This document shows, piece by piece, positions 8,592 to 15,940 of a stretch of DNA of 45,060 nucleotides (positions within the stretch are counted from its first letter, which is position 1; the number at the start of each line of letters is the position of its first letter). Below the pieces are notes generated by a model. It saw only the letters and a list, made by a program, of their open reading frames with translations, did not search any database and had not been told where the DNA came from. The DNA comes from a virus. Lineage: Duplodnaviria > Caudoviricetes. The stretch lies in IMG/VR virus record IMGVR_UViG_3300017909_001370, positions 1 to 45,060 of that record; one strand, written 5' to 3'. A program made the position numbers and the translations under genes.

Positions 8592-9139
8592 TATAGTGTT
8601 GTTAGTGCGTCTTCAACTTCTGCACTTAATTTATATTTCTTTTTGATAGCTTCAAGCTTTCCACCTGATTTAACATAATCCTTTGCTTTAGCAAATGCAG
8701 GATCTTTTGTTGATGTTAGTGTAGCTGTCGCACCCTTACCGTGGTTATTTGTGGCATCGCTATCTTGAGTGTCATCTATTAGGAATAAATTACCTAACGC
8801 ATATTTCTTCCCATAACTCGACGCACTACCAAACTGCTGTGGAGTTTGCATACCTTTTTGATTAAGATCAACACCAACAATGGCTGTAGCGTGTATAGCA
8901 TTTTCGCCATCAGATATAGTAGCTGTTGATTCAATCATAGGTGGTAACTTATCGGAGCCGAACGAGTCGACAACTTTTTCATTTATTGTTACTGTTATAC
9001 CTAACTCCTTTAAAAAGGGTTTTGTAGCTTCGAGAATGTCTTCGGCTGATCGGAAGTAGTATTTGCCGAATGAATTAAATCTACTTTTTTTCGATTTAAA
9101 TTTTGTCTGGATTGTAGCCAGTTTCTGATTTATGGTCAT
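8591..9139 (-). CDS. ERF-family single-strand annealing protein
   Basis: N.FGKY.FRS.EDI and Q..GSASSY.KKYAL..LF.IDD..D.D signature. Confidence 0.88.
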   Translation of the reverse strand: MTINQKLATIQTKFKSKKSRFNSFGKYYFRSAEDILEATKPFLKELGITVTINEKVVDSFGSDKLPPMIESTATISDGENAIHATAIVGVDLNQKGMQTPQQFGSASSYGKKYALGNLFLIDDTQDSDATNNHGKGATATLTSTKDPAFAKAKDYVKSGGKLEAIKKKYKLSAEVEDALTTL

Positions 9140-9201
9140 AAGGTTTATTGTGGTTTACTATTATATAATTACACATTTTATTTACTATTTAAGCTCGTAA
9201 C

Positions 9202-9954
9202 TTACAGATAATCAATCACTTGATTCGCGTCAGTGTTAGCGATTAGCTTATCAATAGCCTCTCTTTTTATTTGCGAAACACGCACATTTGCAGTGTTGAC
9301 ACTTATGTTTAATTTATCAGCTATATAGCTAGCCGAGTGTTTATCACAATCTAGTCCGTAAGATAATCTAAGTACTTCATATTCAATATGCGTTAAATGC
9401 TGCTTCATTAAACTTAATAGGTAAGCATTTAGTATTGCTATATTGTATGGTTCAGAATCATCGGGTATTTGATACAATGGGTTTTCCTCCTCATTATTAT
9501 AGTTAGCATCGATAGATGAAAATATAGAATTGAAAAACATTGTAACAATTTTTTCGTCTTTGGGGTTTTTACGTATTTCATTTAGCTTATGCTCTGGTAT
9601 ACGTATATCGCCCCGGTTAATATCAATCGCGCGTCTTATGGCACCTTTAATCCTTTTACTAAAGAAACTTTTTAAAGTTTTTTCAATATCATCGGATTCG
9701 GTTAGCTTATCCCATTCTAATTTGTCTACTGCTAAAGTTAAACCTTTGTTGCCTTCTTGTATTAAATCGTTTATACTTAATACACCTGAAGCTTGATCGC
9801 TGGTAGAAAACTTTCTTGCTAGGTTTTCGACAAGTGGCATAAACTTTACTATTAGTTCATCGCGGGTATATTCATCATAAAATTTATCGTCAGGCATAGA
9901 TCGTTTCAAGTCTTCCTTATACCTTATATAGTTTTGTACATTGTACTTTTTCAT
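9202..9954 (-). CDS. Phage sigma70-family RNA polymerase sigma factor
   Basis: Region 2 (LV..LARKF, DLIQEG..GL..AVDK), IRIP, and region 4 HTH (VL.L.YGL, IA..L.IS, RVSQIK..AI.KL). Confidence 0.9.
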   Translation of the reverse strand: MKKYNVQNYIRYKEDLKRSMPDDKFYDEYTRDELIVKFMPLVENLARKFSTSDQASGVLSINDLIQEGNKGLTLAVDKLEWDKLTESDDIEKTLKSFFSKRIKGAIRRAIDINRGDIRIPEHKLNEIRKNPKDEKIVTMFFNSIFSSIDANYNNEEENPLYQIPDDSEPYNIAILNAYLLSLMKQHLTHIEYEVLRLSYGLDCDKHSASYIADKLNISVNTANVRVSQIKREAIDKLIANTDANQVIDYL

Positions 9955-10571
9955 AGTTGTTGATTCAGTAATTCTTTTTCTTTTTTAAGTTCGTTACTCA
10001 TGTTTCGGTATATGGTTCTTGTTGAACATTTTAACGCGTCCGCTAATTTTGCAACAGTTACTTTTATTTTACTGTCGTTAATTAATAGCATTGCGTCATA
10101 TATTTCATTTTCGGATATTTTAGATCTACCAACCAGCTTACCAACTATAGATAGCTTTTGTCGCATATCTAAACCGCTAAAGTCTTTGAATATAACTTTA
10201 CGTAATTTATTTGGTGGTGGCTTTTCTAAATCCATAAGAGACACGTCGTATAACATACTTTCTCTTAATTGGTCGGACACGTTAAACGTAACAAACCCTG
10301 TACGCTTATTACATATGTATTTAACAAGCCCTCCGAAAGCTTCTTGGTCTAGTTGTGGGTTAAGATACCATAATACATACAAATGCCATTTAAGGCTTTT
10401 ATATGTGTTTATTTTAGCTCGCGAGCCGAACAGTGTATAGCATTGATGTGTGCCAGTCTCGTAATACCAACCCCACTCGTGAGTTTCAGTTGGCTTATCT
10501 GACCATGGAAAACACCTATATATTATACGATGCTCGTTGAGGTATCTCATATTTCGGTCGTAGTATGACAT
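9951..10571 (-). CDS. Putative DNA-binding protein with C-terminal HTH
   Basis: TVAKLADALKCSTRTIYR helix-turn-helix. Confidence 0.75.
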   Translation of the reverse strand: MSYYDRNMRYLNEHRIIYRCFPWSDKPTETHEWGWYYETGTHQCYTLFGSRAKINTYKSLKWHLYVLWYLNPQLDQEAFGGLVKYICNKRTGFVTFNVSDQLRESMLYDVSLMDLEKPPPNKLRKVIFKDFSGLDMRQKLSIVGKLVGRSKISENEIYDAMLLINDSKIKVTVAKLADALKCSTRTIYRNMSNELKKEKELLNQQL

Positions 10572-10610
10572 TAGCTTCTTACTATTTATTATATATTAGC
10601 TATCGTCGCA
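10564..10610 (-). promoter_or_regulatory. Inverted-repeat element copy 1 (overlaps the HTH gene start)
   Basis: TATGACATTAGC-N23-GCTATCGTCGCA; similar to the copies at 17913 and 19075. Confidence 0.65.
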
Positions 10611-10794
10611 TAAACGTTAATAGCCTGTATCTTCTCTGGTATTTGTGAAACAAATTAATTTTTGATTCGTTTAGTTGCATGCTTAGTGCATCGTTTAGTA
10701 TTTCATACTTAAGAGTGTACAGTGTCTTTTGTATGTACCTTAGATGCCTTCTTTTTCTTTTTAAGCATTTGTATCTTTGTATTAATGTTCGCAT
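10600..10794 (-). CDS. Hypothetical basic protein
   Basis: ORF track; fills the gap in the operon. Confidence 0.45.
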   Translation of the reverse strand: MRTLIQRYKCLKRKRRHLRYIQKTLYTLKYEILNDALSMQLNESKINLFHKYQRRYRLLTFMRR

Positions 10795-11276
10795 AGTTCG
10801 TTGATATAATGTGGTCGTATAATTTTTTGCTCATTTTTGTTTCTTACTAAATGTTTTTCTTGTTCATAATAATTCCAGTATGCAGCTAAAGAGTTACCTT
10901 CAACTTTAAATTCATCAGGCATACACTGAGGTGGATCGCTCCAGTGGTCCATTGTAATGTTATACGGTATAAAGCTAAGACAATCCCTGCATTTGTCAAT
11001 TGTCTTATGATACTTATTATACCGTTTAGTATATTCTTTACCCAGCGCAAGCATATGCTCATATAGCCACATGTAGTGTAGTTTACTTTCACGTACCCAT
11101 ATAGTTGACGGATGATTTTTGTGTGCCGGTTTATAAGGCACATCAGCAGGGTTACCATACACATGATGCGCAGTACATAACATTTGCGCTGACTCAAGAA
11201 TCATTTTTACTTTATGTTTGTCGTAAAAGAAACTTGCGGCTTTAGCTGGGTCTGGGTGTAAATAAAATATATTCAT
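10782..11276 (-). CDS. Pyrimidine-dimer DNA glycosylase (DenV)-like protein
   Basis: MNIFYL, DKH.VKMILESAQML.T, H.NHP.T.W, EY..RY.K.H, PPQCMP motifs. Confidence 0.75.
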   Translation of the reverse strand: MNIFYLHPDPAKAASFFYDKHKVKMILESAQMLCTAHHVYGNPADVPYKPAHKNHPSTIWVRESKLHYMWLYEHMLALGKEYTKRYNKYHKTIDKCRDCLSFIPYNITMDHWSDPPQCMPDEFKVEGNSLAAYWNYYEQEKHLVRNKNEQKIIRPHYINELCEH

Positions 11277-11536
11277 ATTTCTTTATACATTTCATGATAC
11301 TCTATTTCAAAGTCATGTCGTATTTGGCGACCATGTGCAGTATTGAAACCGTAGCTGTGTGTACCTGTTAAAGGTTCTTGCTCAATCATGAAATGAAAGA
11401 TTTGTTTAGGTGTATACCCATACAACTTTGCTACAATTCTGCATGCTTTAGCCATACGCTTTACATCATGGCGCAGCTCACCGTAGTGTTCTGTTATATA
11501 ATCTCTTATATACTTTTGTGATATTGTTTTACTCAT
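11273..11536 (-). CDS. Hypothetical protein (likely start MSKTISQ)
   Basis: Track ORF trimmed to the ATG overlapping the ligase end. Confidence 0.6.
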   Translation of the reverse strand: MSKTISQKYIRDYITEHYGELRHDVKRMAKACRIVAKLYGYTPKQIFHFMIEQEPLTGTHSYGFNTAHGRQIRHDFEIEYHEMYKEI

Positions 11537-12371
11537 AGTTACGTAGTGTTTTATACAGAGGATGACGATAGCTACCAGCTTTTGTACGCTCAAAGTATGT
11601 AAACGTAGCACGCTGGCCGATATAGTCGTGAATGTTTTCAAGTATTTCACGGCGATCGCTAAAGTTATAGCCTTTGCCGATAGGACAGCCAAACTCAACG
11701 CCATCGTCATCTTGCATAATGAATTTACCGATTAGACCGGTAAACTTACCTTTGCCCGCTTCGTAGCCAATAATAGTAGCTTCAGTGTCGTGAAAGTCTT
11801 TAAACTTTTGTAGGTTATACGAACGTTTGCATTCGTAAGGACGGTCAAGACGAAGTATAGAGCCTTCGTAACCGTTTGCTAAAAACCCATCAACATGCAA
11901 ATTCAAAGCTTCTTCATATTTATTAACCTCGTATGTGTTAACAAACTTAACGCAATAGCTTACTGGCAATTCTGCTTCAAGCCAAACAATACGGCTAGAA
12001 AATTTTGCCTGACGTAAAGCAGGACCTGGAATGTAATCGTAACAGTGAAATTGTACGTAACCGGCAGACTCAACACGATCACCTTCTTTAGGTTTCGTTT
12101 TGCGAACAAGTGAGATAATTTTTTCGAAATCATCTTTTAGTTCGTGGTTGTACAATTCGCCGTCGAGTACCACATCTGGGTATTTTTCGAAGAACGGTTC
12201 AAGATTAGCATTTATGTGGTGAATGTTCAGCCACTCTTTGCCTGTTCGTGAATAAGCACCGTCTTTCGATATTACACAGCGTACGCCGTCTAGCTTTGGT
12301 TGCATAAAGACTCTCTCGGACCAGTCGACTTCTTTCTTGCCTACTTTGTATGCGAGCATTGGTTGTATCAT
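11529..12371 (-). CDS. ATP-dependent DNA ligase
   Basis: KLDGVR, LDGELY, YEG.ILR, KRS..L.K.K motifs and C-terminal OB domain (R.P). Confidence 0.93.
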   Translation of the reverse strand: MIQPMLAYKVGKKEVDWSERVFMQPKLDGVRCVISKDGAYSRTGKEWLNIHHINANLEPFFEKYPDVVLDGELYNHELKDDFEKIISLVRKTKPKEGDRVESAGYVQFHCYDYIPGPALRQAKFSSRIVWLEAELPVSYCVKFVNTYEVNKYEEALNLHVDGFLANGYEGSILRLDRPYECKRSYNLQKFKDFHDTEATIIGYEAGKGKFTGLIGKFIMQDDDGVEFGCPIGKGYNFSDRREILENIHDYIGQRATFTYFERTKAGSYRHPLYKTLRNYE

Positions 12372-12652
12372 AATTTACTTAATTTATTTTGTATTCGTTG
12401 TATTTTGTTTTGTACTATTGCAGCTTTTTCATATTGTTCTCTTTCTTCGTACTGCGACAATAGCGTCATAAGTCTAGCTAGCTCAGCTAATAGTAATTGC
12501 TCTTCATCTTGCATTACGTCATAGCCAGCGCCAAACATTTTTTCTACATCTGAGGTAAACTGCTGATCCCATTCTTGTTGCTTTTTAATTAAGCCTTCAA
12601 GTACTAGATCAGCAATTTTTTCCGCCAGATAGTCTAATTCATCGTGCGTCAT
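12368..12652 (-). CDS. Small protein with C-terminal UVR (UvrB/C-type) coiled-coil motif
   Basis: EREQYEKAAIVQNKI. Confidence 0.6.
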   Translation of the reverse strand: MTHDELDYLAEKIADLVLEGLIKKQQEWDQQFTSDVEKMFGAGYDVMQDEEQLLLAELARLMTLLSQYEEREQYEKAAIVQNKIQRIQNKLSKL

Positions 12653-12876
12653 TAACTTACTTTATTATATTGCCATTGGCCAATAATGTGGTTGTTAATA
12701 AACTTACCTTTAGAATTAGCGTTAAACAATCCGTGCCAGTAAAATGCAGGCACTTTATTATATTCGTATACACCGCCGTTTTTATATGTTAATACTAAAC
12801 GCCTAAGTTGTGTGGCATACGTTGCATCTTCAATGCACTCTGAGTCTACTACGACTCTTTCAATTAAATTGCTCAT
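12652..12876 (-). CDS. KTSC domain protein
   Basis: V.S..I....Y, L...Y.NG.VY.Y..VP, A.S.GKF.N..I pattern. Confidence 0.85.
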   Translation of the reverse strand: MSNLIERVVVDSECIEDATYATQLRRLVLTYKNGGVYEYNKVPAFYWHGLFNANSKGKFINNHIIGQWQYNKVS

Positions 12877-12890
12877 AGTTTTAAATTTAT

Positions 12891-12925
12891 TATATTATCG
12901 ATTTTACTTCGTGTTAACTTTGTAA
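12891..12925 (-). promoter_or_regulatory. Early promoter motif copy 1 (TTACA-N8-ACGAA-N7-CGATAATATA)
   Basis: One of nine copies with identical spacing; 14 nt upstream of the ATG. Confidence 0.8.
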
Positions 12926-12929
12926 ATTT

Positions 12930-13544
12930 TTAATGGAATACTAATCCCACTCTGTGGTTTTTACTGAACCACTTTGTCGCCATTAGATCAATGTTAGAAG
13001 CATCCACATAGTTGTTAGATACAAGATCGCTATGACTAGAAAAAATTCTCGTGTGTCTATGTTTCCTTTCATTTATCATATGTTTTTGTTTACCAGAATC
13101 ACTGAATATAATATCGTAATTGCTTGGTAATGAGGTTTTTAGTATTAAATCTACCATATTGGTGTAACTGTAAAACCGAACGCTTGGGTTGTGTATAGCA
13201 ATTTGCATCCACTTTTTTAGATATGCGCCGGAATAGTAATCACCGCTATCATGGACACGCACGTAATCGGGTTTCTTACGCTTAATCTCTGCGTTCATTG
13301 CATCAATAAAATCGTCGGTCTTGGTTAGCTCGTAACGTTTTTCAAACGCCGGTTTTACATTACTCCAAATGTAGGCTCCCTTCTTGGCATAGCAGAACTT
13401 TACGCAAGCATCTGCCATGGGGCACGTCAATTTTCCACTCGCGCTTTTATACGCTGGTATACCGAAGTTAAATACCCTAAGCCCTAATTCTTTACTGGTC
13501 TTTTTTAATTTACTATTCTGTGTCAGAAGATTCATAGTAGTCAA
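12930..13544 (-). CDS. Gp88-like (radical-SAM-related) protein
   Basis: N.KL.K, CPMADACVKFCYA (Cx5Cx3C), R.HDSGD, FYSYT; true start probably MNLLTQ. Confidence 0.7.
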   Translation of the reverse strand: MTTMNLLTQNSKLKKTSKELGLRVFNFGIPAYKSASGKLTCPMADACVKFCYAKKGAYIWSNVKPAFEKRYELTKTDDFIDAMNAEIKRKKPDYVRVHDSGDYYSGAYLKKWMQIAIHNPSVRFYSYTNMVDLILKTSLPSNYDIIFSDSGKQKHMINERKHRHTRIFSSHSDLVSNNYVDASNIDLMATKWFSKNHRVGLVFH

Positions 13545-13722
13545 TTATTTTTTCAATGTCGTCTTCCATATCTACAATCTCCCGTGCGAGGTCTAACACT
13601 CGCTTAAATCCGTGCAGCTCGTAGTTGCTAAATTCATATACGTCACGCTCTTCGATCGCGTAAACGCAGTCTTGCATATCTTTTGCCGTATTTTCAAAGC
13701 GGCAATAACTCATATTTGGCAT
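13513..13722 (-). CDS. Hypothetical early protein (NMSYCRFENT..D..DC)
   Basis: ORF track; operon packing. Confidence 0.7.
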   Translation of the reverse strand: MPNMSYCRFENTAKDMQDCVYAIEERDVYEFSNYELHGFKRVLDLAREIVDMEDDIEKIIDYYESSDTE

Positions 13723-13732
13723 AATTTTAGTA

Positions 13733-14005
13733 TTAGTCTAGCAATACCATATAGGCTTCACTGTTATTTTTTTGAAACCAGCGTAGTGCTTTGTGAAATT
13801 CATTTATTTGTTTTTGTGTTACTGTTTTAGGTGCAACTTCCATTACATACTGGCTACCCATAATAAAATCGTACATTGATAACTCAACACCGTTTAGATC
13901 GTATGTCTCGCCACTGAATGGGTTTGTTACAGTTTCACCTTTTTCGTATATTACACCTTGGAACCATTTAGGCACCGACTGGCTCGTCTTCGTTTTCGTA
14001 CTCAT
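13733..14005 (-). CDS. Hypothetical early protein
   Basis: ORF track; start taken at MSTKTK. Confidence 0.65.
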   Translation of the reverse strand: MSTKTKTSQSVPKWFQGVIYEKGETVTNPFSGETYDLNGVELSMYDFIMGSQYVMEVAPKTVTQKQINEFHKALRWFQKNNSEAYMVLLD

Positions 14006-14435
14006 AACCTTCTTCAATTAGTTTGTTTTCAATTTCTTCTTTTTTGTCGTTATAGTATTCTTCATACACCTCGTCAATTACTTCTTGAAACGAATAGTTT
14101 TCTGCGTCGTCATCATATTCGTCAAAGTATATATTCATACCGTCTGTCATAGCGTCAGGCATTTTTTCTAGCCAGTCATTATCGTAATAGTATACGTCTT
14201 CGTTAATTGAAGGGTTTCGATCGTTATCAGTAGCTATCCAAACTTCGTAACCGTCAGATGTTGTTTCGGTATAAAACATCATATCAGGGTTGCGCCAATC
14301 GGTAGATATTGAAAAATCAAAGTGGTCTTTAATAGTGGCTAGCTTTTCATCGTAGTCTATGTCTTCAGCAGGAATTACTCCGTTTTCTGCTAATTTTTCT
14401 AAGATTAAGTCGTCGGTTAGTATTTTTTTACTCAT
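13968..14435 (-). CDS. Highly acidic hypothetical protein
   Basis: ORF track; very D/E-rich. Confidence 0.7.
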   Translation of the reverse strand: MSKKILTDDLILEKLAENGVIPAEDIDYDEKLATIKDHFDFSISTDWRNPDMMFYTETTSDGYEVWIATDNDRNPSINEDVYYYDNDWLEKMPDAMTDGMNIYFDEYDDDAENYSFQEVIDEVYEEYYNDKKEEIENKLIEEGYEYENEDEPVGA

Positions 14436-14667
14436 CGTCTTTAATTAAAATGTTATCACCCCATCTAAAATCAAACAGTGATACTCTATTAGGGTCTATG
14501 TCAGCAAACATATATAGCGACCTAATGTCGCCTATCGTTAGGTCACTATAAAACTTAGTGCTTTCTAGTGTAAATATAATTTGTTTAACGGAACCAGAAT
14601 ATCTTGGCTCGTTATTTTCAAGCGCTAGCTTTACTTCAGGCTTGAGTCTTTGATATAAATTTTTCAT
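14428..14667 (-). CDS. Hypothetical early protein
   Basis: ORF track; directly downstream of promoter copy 2. Confidence 0.7.
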   Translation of the reverse strand: MKNLYQRLKPEVKLALENNEPRYSGSVKQIIFTLESTKFYSDLTIGDIRSLYMFADIDPNRVSLFDFRWGDNILIKDDE

Positions 14668-14681
14668 TTAATTTAATTTAT

Positions 14682-14716
14682 TATATTATCGATTTGCATT
14701 CGTATTACATTTGTAA
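14682..14716 (-). promoter_or_regulatory. Early promoter motif copy 2
   Basis: Plus strand TATATTATCG ATTTGCA TTCGT ATTACATT TGTAA. Confidence 0.8.
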
Positions 14717-14719
14717 TAG

Positions 14720-14804
14720 TGGACGTGGCAGGAATCGAACCTGCGTTTGCGCGTCAAACATCCTTTCTGCTAAGTGGGAAACACGCTCTAACCATTTCAC
14801 GCCC
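14720..14804 (-). ncRNA. tmRNA-like tRNA-like domain without mRNA domain (mini-tmRNA, Ala identity)
   Basis: Acceptor stem GGGCGUG/CACGUCC with G3.U70 and A73; stemless D-loop AAAUGGUUAGA; T-arm GCAGG-UUCGAUU-CCUGC; no anticodon arm. Confidence 0.75.
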
Positions 14805-14996
14805 ATTTGAGAGGCGGACGGGACTGGAATGTTAGGAATGCACGTCATTTACTAGTATGCCCTGACTTATATCCTTTTCTCTGTTTATCCCGTCTTTCTT
14901 GCTTCATCGAGCCGAATCAAGTTCGCCTTTAATCTGCCTTCCAACCTTAAACCTCTCATTAGTATGTCAAACATCCTTTCTGCTAAGTGGGAAACA
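14753..14996. repeat. Exact 31-bp direct repeat (14753-14783 and 14966-14996)
   Basis: GTCAAACATCCTTTCTGCTAAGTGGGAAACA present twice. Confidence 0.95.
14808..14958 (-). ncRNA. Putative 151-nt structured RNA
   Basis: Closing stem UGAGAGG/CCUCUCA and inner stem GACGGGA/UCCCGUC; GC-richer than its surroundings; flanked by two other structured elements. Confidence 0.45.
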
Positions 14997-15038
14997 TACT
15001 ATTTATGTAGTTAATAGTGTACTTTCGAACTTTGTTAA

Positions 15039-15227
15039 CTACTTGCGCCGCCAAGCTCTGTGCACGGATGCACTTACTTCTTGACTAACGATTTGTATTG
15101 TATTACCGGTTTTATGCTCAATAATTGGTACATAGCTGTACGTTTGGGTTGTTGAGCAATTAACACAGGTTTTGTAGCCCATATCTAATCGCAACCGTGG
15201 TATATTTGTTCCGCATCTACAATACAT
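15039..15227 (-). CDS. DksA/TraR-like C4 zinc-finger protein
   Basis: CRCG..IP..RL......CVNC. Confidence 0.6.
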   Translation of the reverse strand: MYCRCGTNIPRLRLDMGYKTCVNCSTTQTYSYVPIIEHKTGNTIQIVSQEVSASVHRAWRRK

Positions 15228-15250
15228 AATTTTATTTTTTTTGTTACATT

Positions 15251-15285
15251 TATATTATCGATTTACGTTCGTGTTATATCTGTAA
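15251..15285 (-). promoter_or_regulatory. Early promoter motif copy 3
   Basis: TATATTATCG ATTTACG TTCGT GTTATATC TGTAA. Confidence 0.8.
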
Positions 15286-15348
15286 AAGTATTCACGCTCG
15301 ATTGCCTCTATTTGCACTCTAGTGAGTGGTTTGTGGCTAAATTTTCGT

Positions 15349-15534
15349 TTATTTGTTCGTTTCTTCATACATTTTAGCGATTGCGACGCGCATGACGTGG
15401 CTGTGTATAGCATTGTAGTCATCACCGTCTTGTTCAAAATCTGATAGTTGCCAATCGATGCTATCATACATCAATTCCATTGTGACGTCAGCGACACCTT
15501 GTGCGATTTCGTCAAGTTCTTTCATTTTACTCAT
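15349..15534 (-). CDS. Hypothetical early protein
   Basis: ORF track. Confidence 0.65.
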   Translation of the reverse strand: MSKMKELDEIAQGVADVTMELMYDSIDWQLSDFEQDGDDYNAIHSHVMRVAIAKMYEETNK

Positions 15535-15667
15535 AGATATATTCTTCCATTGCGTTAATAAAATCGTCTTTGTCTATAGTTCCTTCTTCATAACAATTTA
15601 AGTTAAACAAGAAGGCTGCATAAAGCCTGTCATCCCTGACTTCCGTTAGTTGTTTATTAGTTGCCAT
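15527..15667 (-). CDS. Hypothetical early protein, 46 aa (MATNKQLTEVRDDRLY...)
   Basis: Manual ORF overlapping both neighbours. Confidence 0.55.
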   Translation of the reverse strand: MATNKQLTEVRDDRLYAAFLFNLNCYEEGTIDKDDFINAMEEYIYE

Positions 15668-15938
15668 ATTCTACCTCACATTCGTTAGTATTCATCCACT
15701 CTACATTATTTAGTTTATGACCCGCGCCGATTATAAAGGACTCAAGGTCGTTTACACCGTTTGGCACTTTATATGAATATACTTTGCCATCAGTGAAGTC
15801 AAGCACCCAAATATAATCTTGGTGTTGAGTTTTGTAAATTTCATACTGGTCTTGTATTTCTTTGTTAAATTGTTCAGCATTTTCAGCAAGTTTACGTTCT
15901 TCTTCCATTTCGTGCCATTTAGTAATTGTATCACTCAT
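15657..15938 (-). CDS. Hypothetical early protein
   Basis: ORF track. Confidence 0.7.
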   Translation of the reverse strand: MSDTITKWHEMEEERKLAENAEQFNKEIQDQYEIYKTQHQDYIWVLDFTDGKVYSYKVPNGVNDLESFIIGAGHKLNNVEWMNTNECEVEYGN

Positions 15939-15940
15939 AG

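Noticed and set aside
14769-14782. GCTAAGTGGGAAAC resembles a stretch of some bacterial 23S rRNAs (loop as anti-rRNA antisense)
   Set aside because: Short match recalled from memory, unverifiable here, and probably not matching a Bacteroidota host; could be chance.
14720-14804. Canonical tRNA gene
   Set aside because: Acceptor and T arms are good, but there is no D-stem and no 7-nt anticodon loop; the architecture fits the tmRNA tRNA-like domain better.
14890-14915. Hammerhead ribozyme core (CUCGAUGA...GAAA on the minus strand)
   Set aside because: Does not match CUGANGA, and the required flanking stems were not found.
14885-14959. 24-codon ORF MRGLRLEGRLKANLIRLDEARKTG as a tmRNA tag or two-piece tmRNA coding part
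   Set aside because: It lies outside the tRNA-like domain, the gene is not circularly permuted, and the peptide lacks an Ala-rich degron end.
14753-14996. CRISPR mini-array
   Set aside because: Only two copies, separated by about 180 bp (far longer than a spacer), each embedded in its own stem; no cas genes in the window.
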